Shown: one piece after another, positions 7,417 to 16,016 of the stretch
How positions within the stretch are numbered: the stretch's first letter is position 1
Layout of the letters: every line of letters starts with the position of its first letter
Assembly: GCA_963804625.1 (NCBI GenBank)
Contig: CAWDRJ010000013.1
Location: 10,065 to 74,064, forward strand
DNA from: an uncultured Acidobacteriota bacterium
GTDB taxonomy: Bacteria > Acidobacteriota > Terriglobia > Acidiferrales > UBA7541
DNA length: 64,000 nucleotides
Reading direction: 5' to 3'
Translations under genes and position numbers: made by a program
Notes under the pieces: generated by a model
What the model saw: the letters and a program-made list of their open reading frames with translations, nothing else
Databases searched by the model: none
What the model was told of the DNA's origin: nothing

Positions 7417-8687
7417 CAGCTTGTTGAAGAATTTGGTTTTCGAGGTTTTTCGTTCTGAGTTTTGAGTTATCGCTGAGTTGTGAAGGAGTGGTTTGGGTTG
7501 TTCTATCTACCGAGCCAGCGTATCGAAGCTCGCGTTTCATGTTCTGGCCATCAGGTTTCGCAATCGGCACAGATTGTAGGCAGCTCCGGTGAAGGTGAAC
7601 AGCCACCCCACCTTGTCGATCCCTCTCAACTTCACTTTCCTTAGCATCCCGACCATCTTCATCCACCCGAACAATTGCTCCACTCGTTTTCGCTTCCGCT
7701 GACTCACCTCATACCCCGCATGCCGCGTGGTCCGCTCGTCCACCGCGCTCCTGCGATTGCGTATTGTTCTGCGCCACATGCGGCGTGATGTTCATCCCGC
7801 GAAGTTCGCCTACGAATTCCTGCGTGTCGTAGTTCTTGTCCCCTCCCAACGTCACTCGCTTTCCCGGCGGGATCGCTTCGGCCATCAGCAGCGCCGCATC
7901 CCGCTCCGCTCTTCCATTCGCCTCGGTCAGAAACGTCTGCACCAAAAGCCCGTTGCGGTTCTCCATCAATACATGTCCCAGGTAGCTCAGCTTCGCCTCG
8001 CTCCCTTGGGACTTCCTGAACAGACGGGCATCGGGATCCGTCGTCGATTCATGGGTCTGGTTCTTTCTCTTTTCCCCGTGAAAGTCGACCTCTCCTCCCG
8101 CTCCAGGCGGCTTCCCCTTCCCGTCCTTCCGCCGGAAACTCTTCTGGCTGGCCCAGGCCTCGATCAGCGTTCCGTCCACCGTGAAATGTTCATCCGACAT
8201 AAACGGCCTGGCTCGTTCCAGCACCCGCCTGAAAAACGACTCCGCGATCTCTTCGTTCAGCAAGCGCTCCCGATTCTTGCTGTACACCGCGTGATTCCAC
8301 ACCGCCTCGTCCATCTCCATCCCCACAAACCACCGGAACAGCAGGTTGTACTGCAGTTGCTCGATCAGCATTCGTTCGCTGCGCACCGAATAGAAGATCT
8401 GCAACAGCAGAGACCGAAACAGCCGCTCCGGCGCAATCGATGGCCGCCCCACCTCCGAGTACAACTTCGCAAACTGCGGCGACATCTCCTTCAGAATCTC
8501 ATCCACCATCTTGCGGATCGGCCGCAACGGATGATCGGCCGGGACTCGCTTCTCGGGAGAAACGTAGCTGAACATTCCTTCTTGCTGGTTATCGTCTCCG
8601 CGCATTCACTCGTCTCCTTGGACTTCCTTCCTTCAGACGAGTTTTTTGAATTAAAGTTGCAGCGGAACTGCATTTTTCAACAAACTG
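7417..8687 (-). mobile_element. IS5-group element copy A (1271 bp), CTAG target duplication
   Basis: The ends are CAGCTTGTTGAAGAAT.. and ..ATTTTTCAACAAACTG. CTAG is present at 7413-7416 and 8688-8691. Confidence 0.85.
7537..8605 (-). pseudogene. IS5-family transposase, frameshifted (copy A)
   Basis: ORFs 7709-8605 and 7537-7779 together match the intact 355-aa copy D. The frame breaks after ..ITPHVAQNNT. Confidence 0.85.
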
Positions 8688-9116
8688 CTAGACATGAGTC
8701 GATGGAAAACCGAGGCACACTTTGCTTCCTGGTTGGGGCTCTGCCCAGACAATCGCATCAGCGGAGACAAAGTGCTCAGTCGAGGTACTCGCCATGTGCT
8801 CAACCGTGCGGCCACGGCACTTCGTCTGGGGGCCTCGACCCTACTGAAAAGCCAAACCTACCTCGGGGCGCAGTACCGCCGCTTGCGTAGCAGGCTCGGC
8901 GCCCCAAAAGCCATCACCGCCATGGCTCATCGCCTCGCTCGACTGGTCTATCGAATGTTGAAGTATGGTCAGCAGTACGTCGACAAAGGTGCAGAGTATT
9001 ACGAACGAAGGAACCGCCAACAACAAATCGAGTTCCTCAGAAAGAAGGCCGCCCAACTCGGCCTAAAGGTCACACCAGCCCATGCGTGAACCTCTCAATC
9101 AAGAAGTTTCTGGAGA

Positions 9117-9172
9117 GTCGTAATCGGAAACTGAGAATTCCACTTCTCCGGTAACCGCGTTTATCAGGCATG
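9117..9172 (+). repeat. Repeat unit U4
   Basis: The sequence is GTCGTAATCGGAAACTGAGAATTCCACTTCTCCGGTAACCGCGTTTATCAGGCATG. It starts 28 bp after the stop of IS110 gene no.1. Confidence 0.75.
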
Positions 9173-9241
9173 TGGGGCTAAAGTGATCGGCAACTCTCCG
9201 CCAACTCGTTTGTACCGTGAAGATGGTCAAGGCCTGATTTA

Positions 9242-9280
9242 TCGCCTTACCGGACATGTTCGGTAAGCGTGTGATTAGGC
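9242..9280 (+). repeat. Repeat unit U5
   Basis: The sequence is TCGCCTTACCGGACATGTTCGGTAAGCGTGTGATTAGGC, with the hairpin CTTACCG(9246-9252)/CGGTAAG(9261-9267). Confidence 0.65.
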
Positions 9281-9327
9281 ACGGTCACGTGCGCTGAACG
9301 CCTTTTCGAACTTCGCCGCGCTATAAT

Positions 9328-10197
9328 TTGCAATGGGAATCCCCTGATCTAGACTGCGGAGGCTCTAACTTGCGTCTTTTCTTGTCATTTTTGTTTTTCC
9401 TGGCCGCGGCTGCTGCGAGCGCGTTTGGCCAAAATGCCGCTTCGGATTCGATTGCACTTCCCTTGTGGGAATCCTCCAGGGTTACGTCGCTCGAGATGCT
9501 GGCTCCCGCCAAAGATCCGTCGTCGGAGCAGTCCGGAACATCGCCAACCGCCAGCAATCCGAAGCAAGTATCGCCGGAGACTAAGCCGCAGAGCGCCGTT
9601 CCCGCAGGACAGCAACCAAAGCGAATTATGGGCATCATGCCCAATTTTCGAGCGGTCAGTGCCGGCACAATCCCGCCGCCCCCGACCGCCAAGCAAGCTT
9701 TCATAATCGCTACGAAGAACAGCTTTGACTACTCATCGTTCATTTTTGTGGGGATGACCTCGGCCCTCGCTGAGTGGACGAACGCCCACCCGCAGCTGGG
9801 CCAGGGCATGGCAGGCTACGGCCAATATTACTGGCGAGGGTTTGTGGACAAAACGGACGGCAACTATCTCGTGATTTTTGCCTTCCCCACAATGCTGCAT
9901 CAGGACGAGCGTTATTACGCAATGGGCACGGGCGGTTTTTGGAAGCGAGCTTTTTACGCAGCCTCTCGTGTTGCCGTCGCTAAAAACTATGAAGGAAAGA
10001 ATGTCTTCAATGCGTCGGAGGTGATCGGTAGGGGCACCGCGCAAGCGATTTCACTATCGTATTACCCCAGCCAGACTCGGACGGCTAGTGGGTTCGCCTC
10101 AAAGTACGCATACGCGATTGGCCGCGATGCGCTCACGAATGTATTCCGCGAATTCTGGCCGGATATCGCCATACATGTATTGCATCGCCACCCGTAG
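9328..10197 (+). CDS. Hypothetical secreted protein (start uncertain; TTG 9328 or TTG 9370)
   Basis: The ORF has a signal-peptide-like LRLFLSFLFFLAAAAASAFGQ, a Pro/Ser-rich linker and then an aromatic-rich domain. I recognise no family. Confidence 0.55.
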   Translation: MQWESPDLDCGGSNLRLFLSFLFFLAAAAASAFGQNAASDSIALPLWESSRVTSLEMLAPAKDPSSEQSGTSPTASNPKQVSPETKPQSAVPAGQQPKRIMGIMPNFRAVSAGTIPPPPTAKQAFIIATKNSFDYSSFIFVGMTSALAEWTNAHPQLGQGMAGYGQYYWRGFVDKTDGNYLVIFAFPTMLHQDERYYAMGTGGFWKRAFYAASRVAVAKNYEGKNVFNASEVIGRGTAQAISLSYYPSQTRTASGFASKYAYAIGRDALTNVFREFWPDIAIHVLHRHP

Positions 10198-10263
10198 TCC
10201 ACCCCGGGGAAGCAACCTCGCAGGCGTGTATCCCTGTCTGCGGAAATACTTCTCGCTCTCTAG

Positions 10264-11571
10264 CAGGCTGCTGAAAAATTGAGTTGGGGCGGCAATTTCT
10301 TTCTGCCGTTGCGTTATTTGTGAGTTGCGACTGGCCCTTTGTTCGGTTTTCGGTGCCGCCGAATGCCCGAAGTGGCGTTTTCAGCACCGTGCAAAGACAC
10401 TACGGCCCGGACTTACTGCGCCCCAACCGCGACGGCCATCAGGTTTCGCATGCGCACCAAATTGTAGGCCGCGCACGCGAACGTAAACGTCCAGTCCACC
10501 TTCAAGGTTCCGCGATGACGCACCTTACGCAACAGAGCAATGGTCTTCAGCCAGCCGAAGCATTCTTCGATACGCTTCCTCTTCTTCTGGCTGATGTGGT
10601 AGCCCTCGTGTTGTGTCGTTCGTCCATCAACGGCGCTGCCGCCTCGCCGCGCCAGATTTTGCGCCACGTGTGGCGTCACGCGCATGTTCCGGCACTCGCG
10701 TACAAACTCCGCGGTATCGAAACCCTTGTCGCCACCCACTGTCACACGCTTTCTTCCTGGAACATCCTGCAACATGGTCATCGCCGCATCGCGTTCGGCC
10801 GTGCCTGTCGCTTCCCACACCAGGCTCGAAATGATCAATCCGTTGCGATTCTCCACCAGCAGATTCCCGCTGTAGCTCAACTTGGCCTCCTTGCCTGGGC
10901 CCTTGCGCGCCAACTGGGCTTCTGGATCACTGTTTGATTCGTGCGTCCGGTTCGAGCGCTTCTCCCCATGAAAATCCACCGTGGGATTTCCCGGATCCTC
11001 CGGCGGAGACGAATTCGTTTTGTCCCTCCGCTGAAAACTCTTCAAGCTGGCCCAGGCTTCCAGCAGCGTGCCGTCCACGCTGAAGTGCTCGTCCGACATC
11101 CACCCCTGCTCTCGCGCGTGTGCCACCACCCGCCCCAGAAATTCCTTCGCTACCTCGGCCTCCAGCAAGCGGTCCCGATTCTTGGTGAACACCGTCGCGT
11201 CCCACACCGGATCGTCCAAATTCAACCCTACAAACCAGCGGAACAATATGTTGTAGTCCATCTCTTCCATCAGCAGTCGCTCGCTGCGCACCGAATAGAA
11301 CATCTGCAACAACTGCGCGCGCAAGAGTTGCTCGGGCGGAATCGACGGGCGACCCACTTTCGCGTACATCTTGCTGAACTGCGGCGAGAGCTGCTTCAGG
11401 ATCTCGTCCACCATCGTGCGGATCGGTCGCAGCGGATGGTCCTTGCGTACCCGCTGCTCCGGAGAAATGTAGCTGAACACGTGATTTTGTTGCTGATCGG
11501 TTCCTCGCATGCGACATTGGACGCATCAAGAGCTGCTCCGTTGCAAAATTTCCGAGTTTTTCAGCAGCCTG
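10264..11571 (-). mobile_element. IS5-group element copy B (1308 bp, divergent from A/C/D), CTAG target duplication
   Basis: The ends are CAGGCTGCTGAAAAATTGAG.. and ..GAGTTTTTCAGCAGCCTG. CTAG is present at 10260-10263 and 11572-11575. Confidence 0.85.
10413..11510 (-). CDS. IS5-family transposase, intact (365 aa)
   Basis: The protein reads MRGTDQQQNHVFSYISPEQRVRKDHPLRPIRTMVDEILKQL.. and is collinear with copies A, C and D but clearly diverged. Confidence 0.9.
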   Translation of the reverse strand: MRGTDQQQNHVFSYISPEQRVRKDHPLRPIRTMVDEILKQLSPQFSKMYAKVGRPSIPPEQLLRAQLLQMFYSVRSERLLMEEMDYNILFRWFVGLNLDDPVWDATVFTKNRDRLLEAEVAKEFLGRVVAHAREQGWMSDEHFSVDGTLLEAWASLKSFQRRDKTNSSPPEDPGNPTVDFHGEKRSNRTHESNSDPEAQLARKGPGKEAKLSYSGNLLVENRNGLIISSLVWEATGTAERDAAMTMLQDVPGRKRVTVGGDKGFDTAEFVRECRNMRVTPHVAQNLARRGGSAVDGRTTQHEGYHISQKKRKRIEECFGWLKTIALLRKVRHRGTLKVDWTFTFACAAYNLVRMRNLMAVAVGAQ

Positions 11572-11963
11572 CTAGTACGCTACTGAAATTCCCCCGACAG
11601 GCGAAATACCTGTCACCTCGTGAGAAGTTCTATAAAAGTTGTCAAGAAAAAAATGTTCTCCCTTGGCCGGGGCTCTTCTTGCCTTCCAGCCCGCTGCATT
11701 GAACAGGATTGTTCTTGCCTTCCGTTCCGTGAGCTCGGGACGCTCCAAACAATTGCGTAGCGCTTTTGGTTTTCTCTACCAGTGGTTTTCATCGCCTCTT
11801 CACGACGAAGCCCGTCCGTTCTGAGACCAACAAAGCAGCAGCACGGTGGTCAGGTGGCAACCATGGTTCTATTGGGGACTCGTGGCCCATAGCTTTTTCG
11901 GGTTGTCCGAGGGGGACTAGGGTCGCGTGGGAGACTTCGCCGCCCGAGGCAGGCAAAGCCTAA

Positions 11964-13155
11964 CTAGCAGCTTGTTGAAGAATTTAGTTTTCGAAGTTTT
12001 TTCGTTCTCAGTTTTGAGTTTTCGCTGAGTTGTAAGGGAGTGGTTTGGGTTTTTCTATCTACCGAGCCGGCTCGTCGAAGCCACGGGTCAGTTCTGGCCA
12101 TCAGGTTTCGCAATCGGCACAAGTTGTAGGCGGCTCCGGTGAAGGTAAACAGCCACCCCACCTTGTCGATTCCTCGCAGCTTCACTTTCTTTAGCATCCC
12201 CACCATCTTCATCCACCCGAACGATTGCTCCACTCGTTTTCTCTTCCGCTGACTCACCTCATACCCCGCATGCCGTGTGGTCCGCTCGTCCATCGCGCTC
12301 CTGCGATTGGTGTTGTTCTGCGCCACATGCGGGGTGATGTTCATCCCGCGCAGTTCTCGTACGAATTCCCGCGTGTCGTAATTCTTGTCTCCTCCCAACG
12401 TCACGCGCTTTCCCGGCGGGATGGCTTCGGCCATCAGCAGCGCCGCATCTCGCTCCGCTCTTCCGTTCGCCTCGGTCAGAAAGGTCTGCGACCAAAAGCC
12501 CATTGCGGTTCTCCATCATTACATGTCCCATGTAGCTCAGCTTCGCCTCGCTGCCTCCGGACTTCTTGCACAGCCGGGCATCGGGATCCGTGGTCGATTC
12601 ATGGGTCTGGTTCTTTCTCTTTTCCCCGTGGAAGTCGACGTCTCCTCCCGGTCCCGCGGGCTTCCCACTCCCGTCCTTGCGCCGGAAACTCTTCTGACTG
12701 GCCCAGGCCTCGATCAGCGTTCCGTCCACCGTGAAATGTTCATCCGACATGAACGGCCTCGCTCGTTCCAGCACCCGCTCGAAAAATGACTCCGCGATCT
12801 CTTCGTTCAGCAAGCGCTCCCGATTCTTGCTGTACACCGCGTGATTCCAGACCGCCTCGTCCATCTCCATCCCCACAAACCACCGGAACAGCAGGTTGTA
12901 CTGCAGTTGCTCGATCAGCATTCGTTCGCTGCGCACCGAATAGAAGATCTGCAACAGCAGGGACCGAAACAGCCGTTCGGGCGCAATCGATGGTCGCCCC
13001 ACTTCGGAGTACAACTTCGCAAACTGCGGCGACATCTCCTTCAGAATCTCATCCACCATCTTGCGGATCGGCCGCAACGGATGATCGGCTGGTACGCGCT
13101 TCTCGGGAGAAACGTAGCTGAACATTCCTTCTTGCTGGTTATCGTCTCCGCGCAT
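11964..13155 (-). pseudogene. IS5-family transposase, frameshifted, native stop lost (copy C)
   Basis: ORFs 12259-13155 and 11964-12503 break after ..MENRNGLL. The native stop after ..NLMART is lost through a 1-nt deletion relative to copy D, so the frame reads on to the TAG in the flank. Confidence 0.85.
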
Positions 13156-13237
13156 TCACTCGTCTCCTTGACCTTCCTTACTTCAGACGAGTTTCTTGAA
13201 TTAAAGTTGCAGAAGAAAGGGGTTTTTCAACAAACTG
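11968..13237 (-). mobile_element. IS5-group element copy C (1270 bp), left member of a head-to-tail dimer
   Basis: It has the same ends as copy A. The left flank is CTAG (11964-11967). The right flank CTAA (13238-13241) is shared with copy D. Confidence 0.85.
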
Positions 13238-13241
13238 CTAA

Positions 13242-14511
13242 CAGCTTGTTGAAGAATTTAGTTTTCGAAGTTTTTTCGTTCTCAGTTTTGAGTTTTCGCT
13301 GAGTTGTAAGGGAGTGGTTTGAGTTTTTCTATCTACCGAGCCGGCTCGTCGAAGCCACGGGTCACGTTCTGGCCATCAGGTTTCGCAATCGGCACAAGTT
13401 GTAGGCGGCTCCGGTGAAGATAAACAGCCACCCCACCTTGTCGATTCCTCTCAACTTCACCTTCTTTAGCATCCCCACCATCTTCATCCACCCGAACGAT
13501 TGCTCCACTCGTTTTCTCTTCCGCTGACTCACCTCGTACCCCGCATGCCGTGTGGTCCGCTCGTCGATCGCGCTCCTCCGATTGGTGGTGTTCTGTGCCA
13601 CATGCGGGGTGATGTTCATCCCGCGCAGTTCTCGCACGAATTCTCGGGTGTCGTAATTCTTGTCTCCTCCCAACGTCACGCGCTTTCCCGGCGGGAGGGC
13701 CTCGGCCATCAGCAGCGCCGCATCTCGCTCCGCTCTTCCGTTCGCCTCGGTCAGAAAGGTCTCGACCAAAAGCCCATTGCGGTTCTCCATCATTACATGT
13801 CCCATGTAGCTCAGCTTCGCCGCGCTGCCTCCAGACTTCGTCCACAACCGGGCATCGGGATCCGTGGTCGATGCATGGGTCTGGTTCTTTCTCTTTTCCC
13901 CTTGGAAGTTGACGTCTCCTCCCGGTCCCGCGGGCTTCCCACTCCCATCCTTGGGTCGGAAACTCTTCTGACTGGCCCAGGCCTCAATCAGCGTTCCGTC
14001 CACCGTGAAATGTTCATCCGACAGGAACGGCCTCGCTCGTTCCAGCACCCGCGCGAAAAATGACGCCGCGACCTGTTCATTCAACAAGCGCTCCCGATTC
14101 TTGCTGTACACCGCGTGATTCCACACCGCCTCGTCCATCTCCATCCCCACGAACCACCGGAACAGCAGGTTGTACTGCAGTTGCTCGATCAGCATTCGTT
14201 CGCTGCGCACCGAATAGAAGATCTGCAACAGCAGGGACCGAAACAGCCGTTCGGGTGCAATCGATGGTCGCCCCACTTCGGAGTACAGCTTCGCAAACTG
14301 CGGAGACATTTCTTTCAGAATCTCATCCACCATCTTGCGGATCGGCCGCAACGGATGATCGGCTGGTACGCGCTTCTCGGGAGAAACGTAGCTGAACATT
14401 CCTTCTTGCTGGTTATCGTCTCCGCGCATTCACTCGCCTCCTTGACCTTCCTTACTTCAGACGAGTTTCTTGATTTAAAGTTGCAGAAGAAAGGGGTTTT
14501 TCAACAAACTG
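13242..14511 (-). mobile_element. IS5-group element copy D (1270 bp), right member of the dimer
   Basis: It has the same ends as copy A and is flanked by CTAA at 13238-13241 and 14512-14515. Confidence 0.85.
13362..14429 (-). CDS. IS5-family transposase, intact (355 aa)
   Basis: An uninterrupted ORF. It serves as the reference for frameshifted copies A and C. Confidence 0.9.
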   Translation of the reverse strand: MRGDDNQQEGMFSYVSPEKRVPADHPLRPIRKMVDEILKEMSPQFAKLYSEVGRPSIAPERLFRSLLLQIFYSVRSERMLIEQLQYNLLFRWFVGMEMDEAVWNHAVYSKNRERLLNEQVAASFFARVLERARPFLSDEHFTVDGTLIEAWASQKSFRPKDGSGKPAGPGGDVNFQGEKRKNQTHASTTDPDARLWTKSGGSAAKLSYMGHVMMENRNGLLVETFLTEANGRAERDAALLMAEALPPGKRVTLGGDKNYDTREFVRELRGMNITPHVAQNTTNRRSAIDERTTRHAGYEVSQRKRKRVEQSFGWMKMVGMLKKVKLRGIDKVGWLFIFTGAAYNLCRLRNLMART

Positions 14512-14609
14512 CTAATCAGCTGAGACTCGCCCTCGAACCCGAATGTCTCCCGAACCCAGCGGACCACCACCAGGAGGAATCCCAGGGATGGAACGGATTC
14601 CAGAGACAC

Positions 14610-15677
14610 TCAAGCTGTTTGTGGTTTCAGATGTTTGGCGTCGAAGTGCGCTCCTTTCTTCCAGAGGATCAACGTGATGGCGGCCATCTTGCGCGCCAAG
14701 GTCAGGCGCGCCATTTCCGGCCGAATCCCTTGGGCCACCAGTGCCTCATAAAACTCCTGGAACGGTCCGGGCTTGGCCGCGGCCACCGTGGCGGCACTCT
14801 TGAACAGGTTCTTCAGATCGTGATGGTGATTGCGATTCAGCCCACGAATCGAGACCGGCTTCTTCGCGCGCTTCAGTTCTCCCTGGATGCAGCGGTGCTC
14901 GGCGCTGCCGTGTGTCTCGATTCCAAACCCGCTGTAGGTCCAGAGCTGCCGCTTCGTACGAAACCGGTGCGGGGTCTGGATCAAAGCGATCAGCAGGGCC
15001 GCCCGGATCGGACCGATGAACGGAATCTCACGTAATAATTTCCGCGCGTCGTGCTTCCTGGCCTCGGCCAGCAGCTCGCGCCGTACTTCCTGACGCAACA
15101 TCCTTAATGCATCGAACTGCTGGTAGTAGAACTCCGCTCGGCGGTGCACCCCGGCTTCTCGAATCTTGGCGAGCCACTCCGAGCGATACCGCGGTGCGTA
15201 GACCTGCTTCCCCGCGCAGGGAATCCCCCAACTGCGGTAGATCGCCTTCAAGCGACTCATCACTCGTCCCAGATCTTTGCTGATCGCCAGGTAACTGCGC
15301 GCCAGCTCCTTCAGTGTCCGTACTCCGTGCTCCCCGTGATAGACCGAGCGGACCAGGTTCGCGCGCAACAACTCGGCTAGCTTGCGCGCATCGATGCGAT
15401 CACTCTTGCTCCCTTCTTTGAGCAGAGCATTCCGGCGGGGATTACATACCACCAGTTCGGTTACGTGCGGCTTGATGAGGTCATACAACCAGGCCGCCCA
15501 GGTGCCTTCTTCAAAAGTGACACGCAGGCTTCCGCGCAATCCCTTGAGGAAATCCAGAATGGTGCTGGCTTTCGTTTCGATCGTTGATTCCATCACCAGC
15601 TTGCCAGCAGAATTTAGAACTGCGAGGGAGATCGCTTCCTTGTGAACATCCATCCCGATATACTTCACGCTATCCAT
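14610..15677 (-). CDS. IS110-family recombinase no.2
   Basis: From ATG 15677, preceded by GGAG, the protein reads MDSVKYIGMDVHKEAISLAVL.. The C-terminal half carries ..IPFIGPIRAALLIALIQTPHRF... Confidence 0.9.
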   Translation of the reverse strand: MDSVKYIGMDVHKEAISLAVLNSAGKLVMESTIETKASTILDFLKGLRGSLRVTFEEGTWAAWLYDLIKPHVTELVVCNPRRNALLKEGSKSDRIDARKLAELLRANLVRSVYHGEHGVRTLKELARSYLAISKDLGRVMSRLKAIYRSWGIPCAGKQVYAPRYRSEWLAKIREAGVHRRAEFYYQQFDALRMLRQEVRRELLAEARKHDARKLLREIPFIGPIRAALLIALIQTPHRFRTKRQLWTYSGFGIETHGSAEHRCIQGELKRAKKPVSIRGLNRNHHHDLKNLFKSAATVAAAKPGPFQEFYEALVAQGIRPEMARLTLARKMAAITLILWKKGAHFDAKHLKPQTA

Positions 15678-15755
15678 TAGAGGGCGCTCCTTTGTGGTGA
15701 GGTTTGAGCCGAACACTCCAAACCCTACTCCATAAGGGGCGCCCTTTTATATCGC

Positions 15756-15769
15756 GTCGCGTTACCGGA
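15756..15769 (+). repeat. Repeat unit U6 (core only)
   Basis: GTCGCGTTACCGGA is identical to the U1 and U2 core. It lies 16 bp beyond the stop of minus-strand ORF 15785-16003 and directly abuts the 5' flank of IS110 no.2. Confidence 0.6.
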
Positions 15770-16016
15770 CATTGAGGGCCACGCTCACCAGAGCCATCTT
15801 TTGACAGCCGGCATTTCCATAGCTGGTTTACTGTAGTCCGGTGTGTAGGCGATGCATTCAATTTGAACATCCTCCCACCTCGACTGACAGCGAAACTCAC
15901 CAAGGTTTCGCGAGTCGTTCGGGTAACGAATAAGAAGCGTCCTCGCGTCTTTCCATTCAAGCTCTAGCAGCCGTGGGCCGTGTCCAACTGTGAAGACAGT
16001 CATCGAATGCCCTCGT

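Larger units (their letters stand above)
6417..9089 (+). pseudogene. IS110-family recombinase gene no.1, split by an IS5-group insertion
   Basis: The N-terminal part (6417-7415) reads MRTDTKLW..QPHAAGIDVGNSAHYAAV..VAQTLVSEVGL. The C-terminal part (8691-9089) reads DMSRWKTEAHFASWLGLCPDNRISGDK... Both are in the same frame once 7417-8691 is removed. Confidence 0.85.

Noticed and set aside
7727-8890. Long + strand ORFs (387, 253, 169, 187 and 306 aa) lying antisense to the four IS5 transposase genes.
   Set aside because: They are mirror-frame ORFs typical of GC-rich coding DNA. They have an Arg/Pro/Leu-rich composition and no recognisable motifs. They recur only because the IS is repeated.
1218-9280. 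Calling the repeat array a bona fide integron.
   Set aside because: No intI, attI or Pc is visible. R' is GTTACCG or CTTACCG rather than GTTRRRY. Most units show only a short hairpin, not the two-armed attC fold. I kept this as a hypothesis only.
11968-14511. A large direct repeat that could be mistaken for a tandem-repeat or CRISPR-like structure.
   Set aside because: It is two full-length IS5-group copies. No short-repeat/spacer periodicity occurs anywhere in the window, so no CRISPR array was found.
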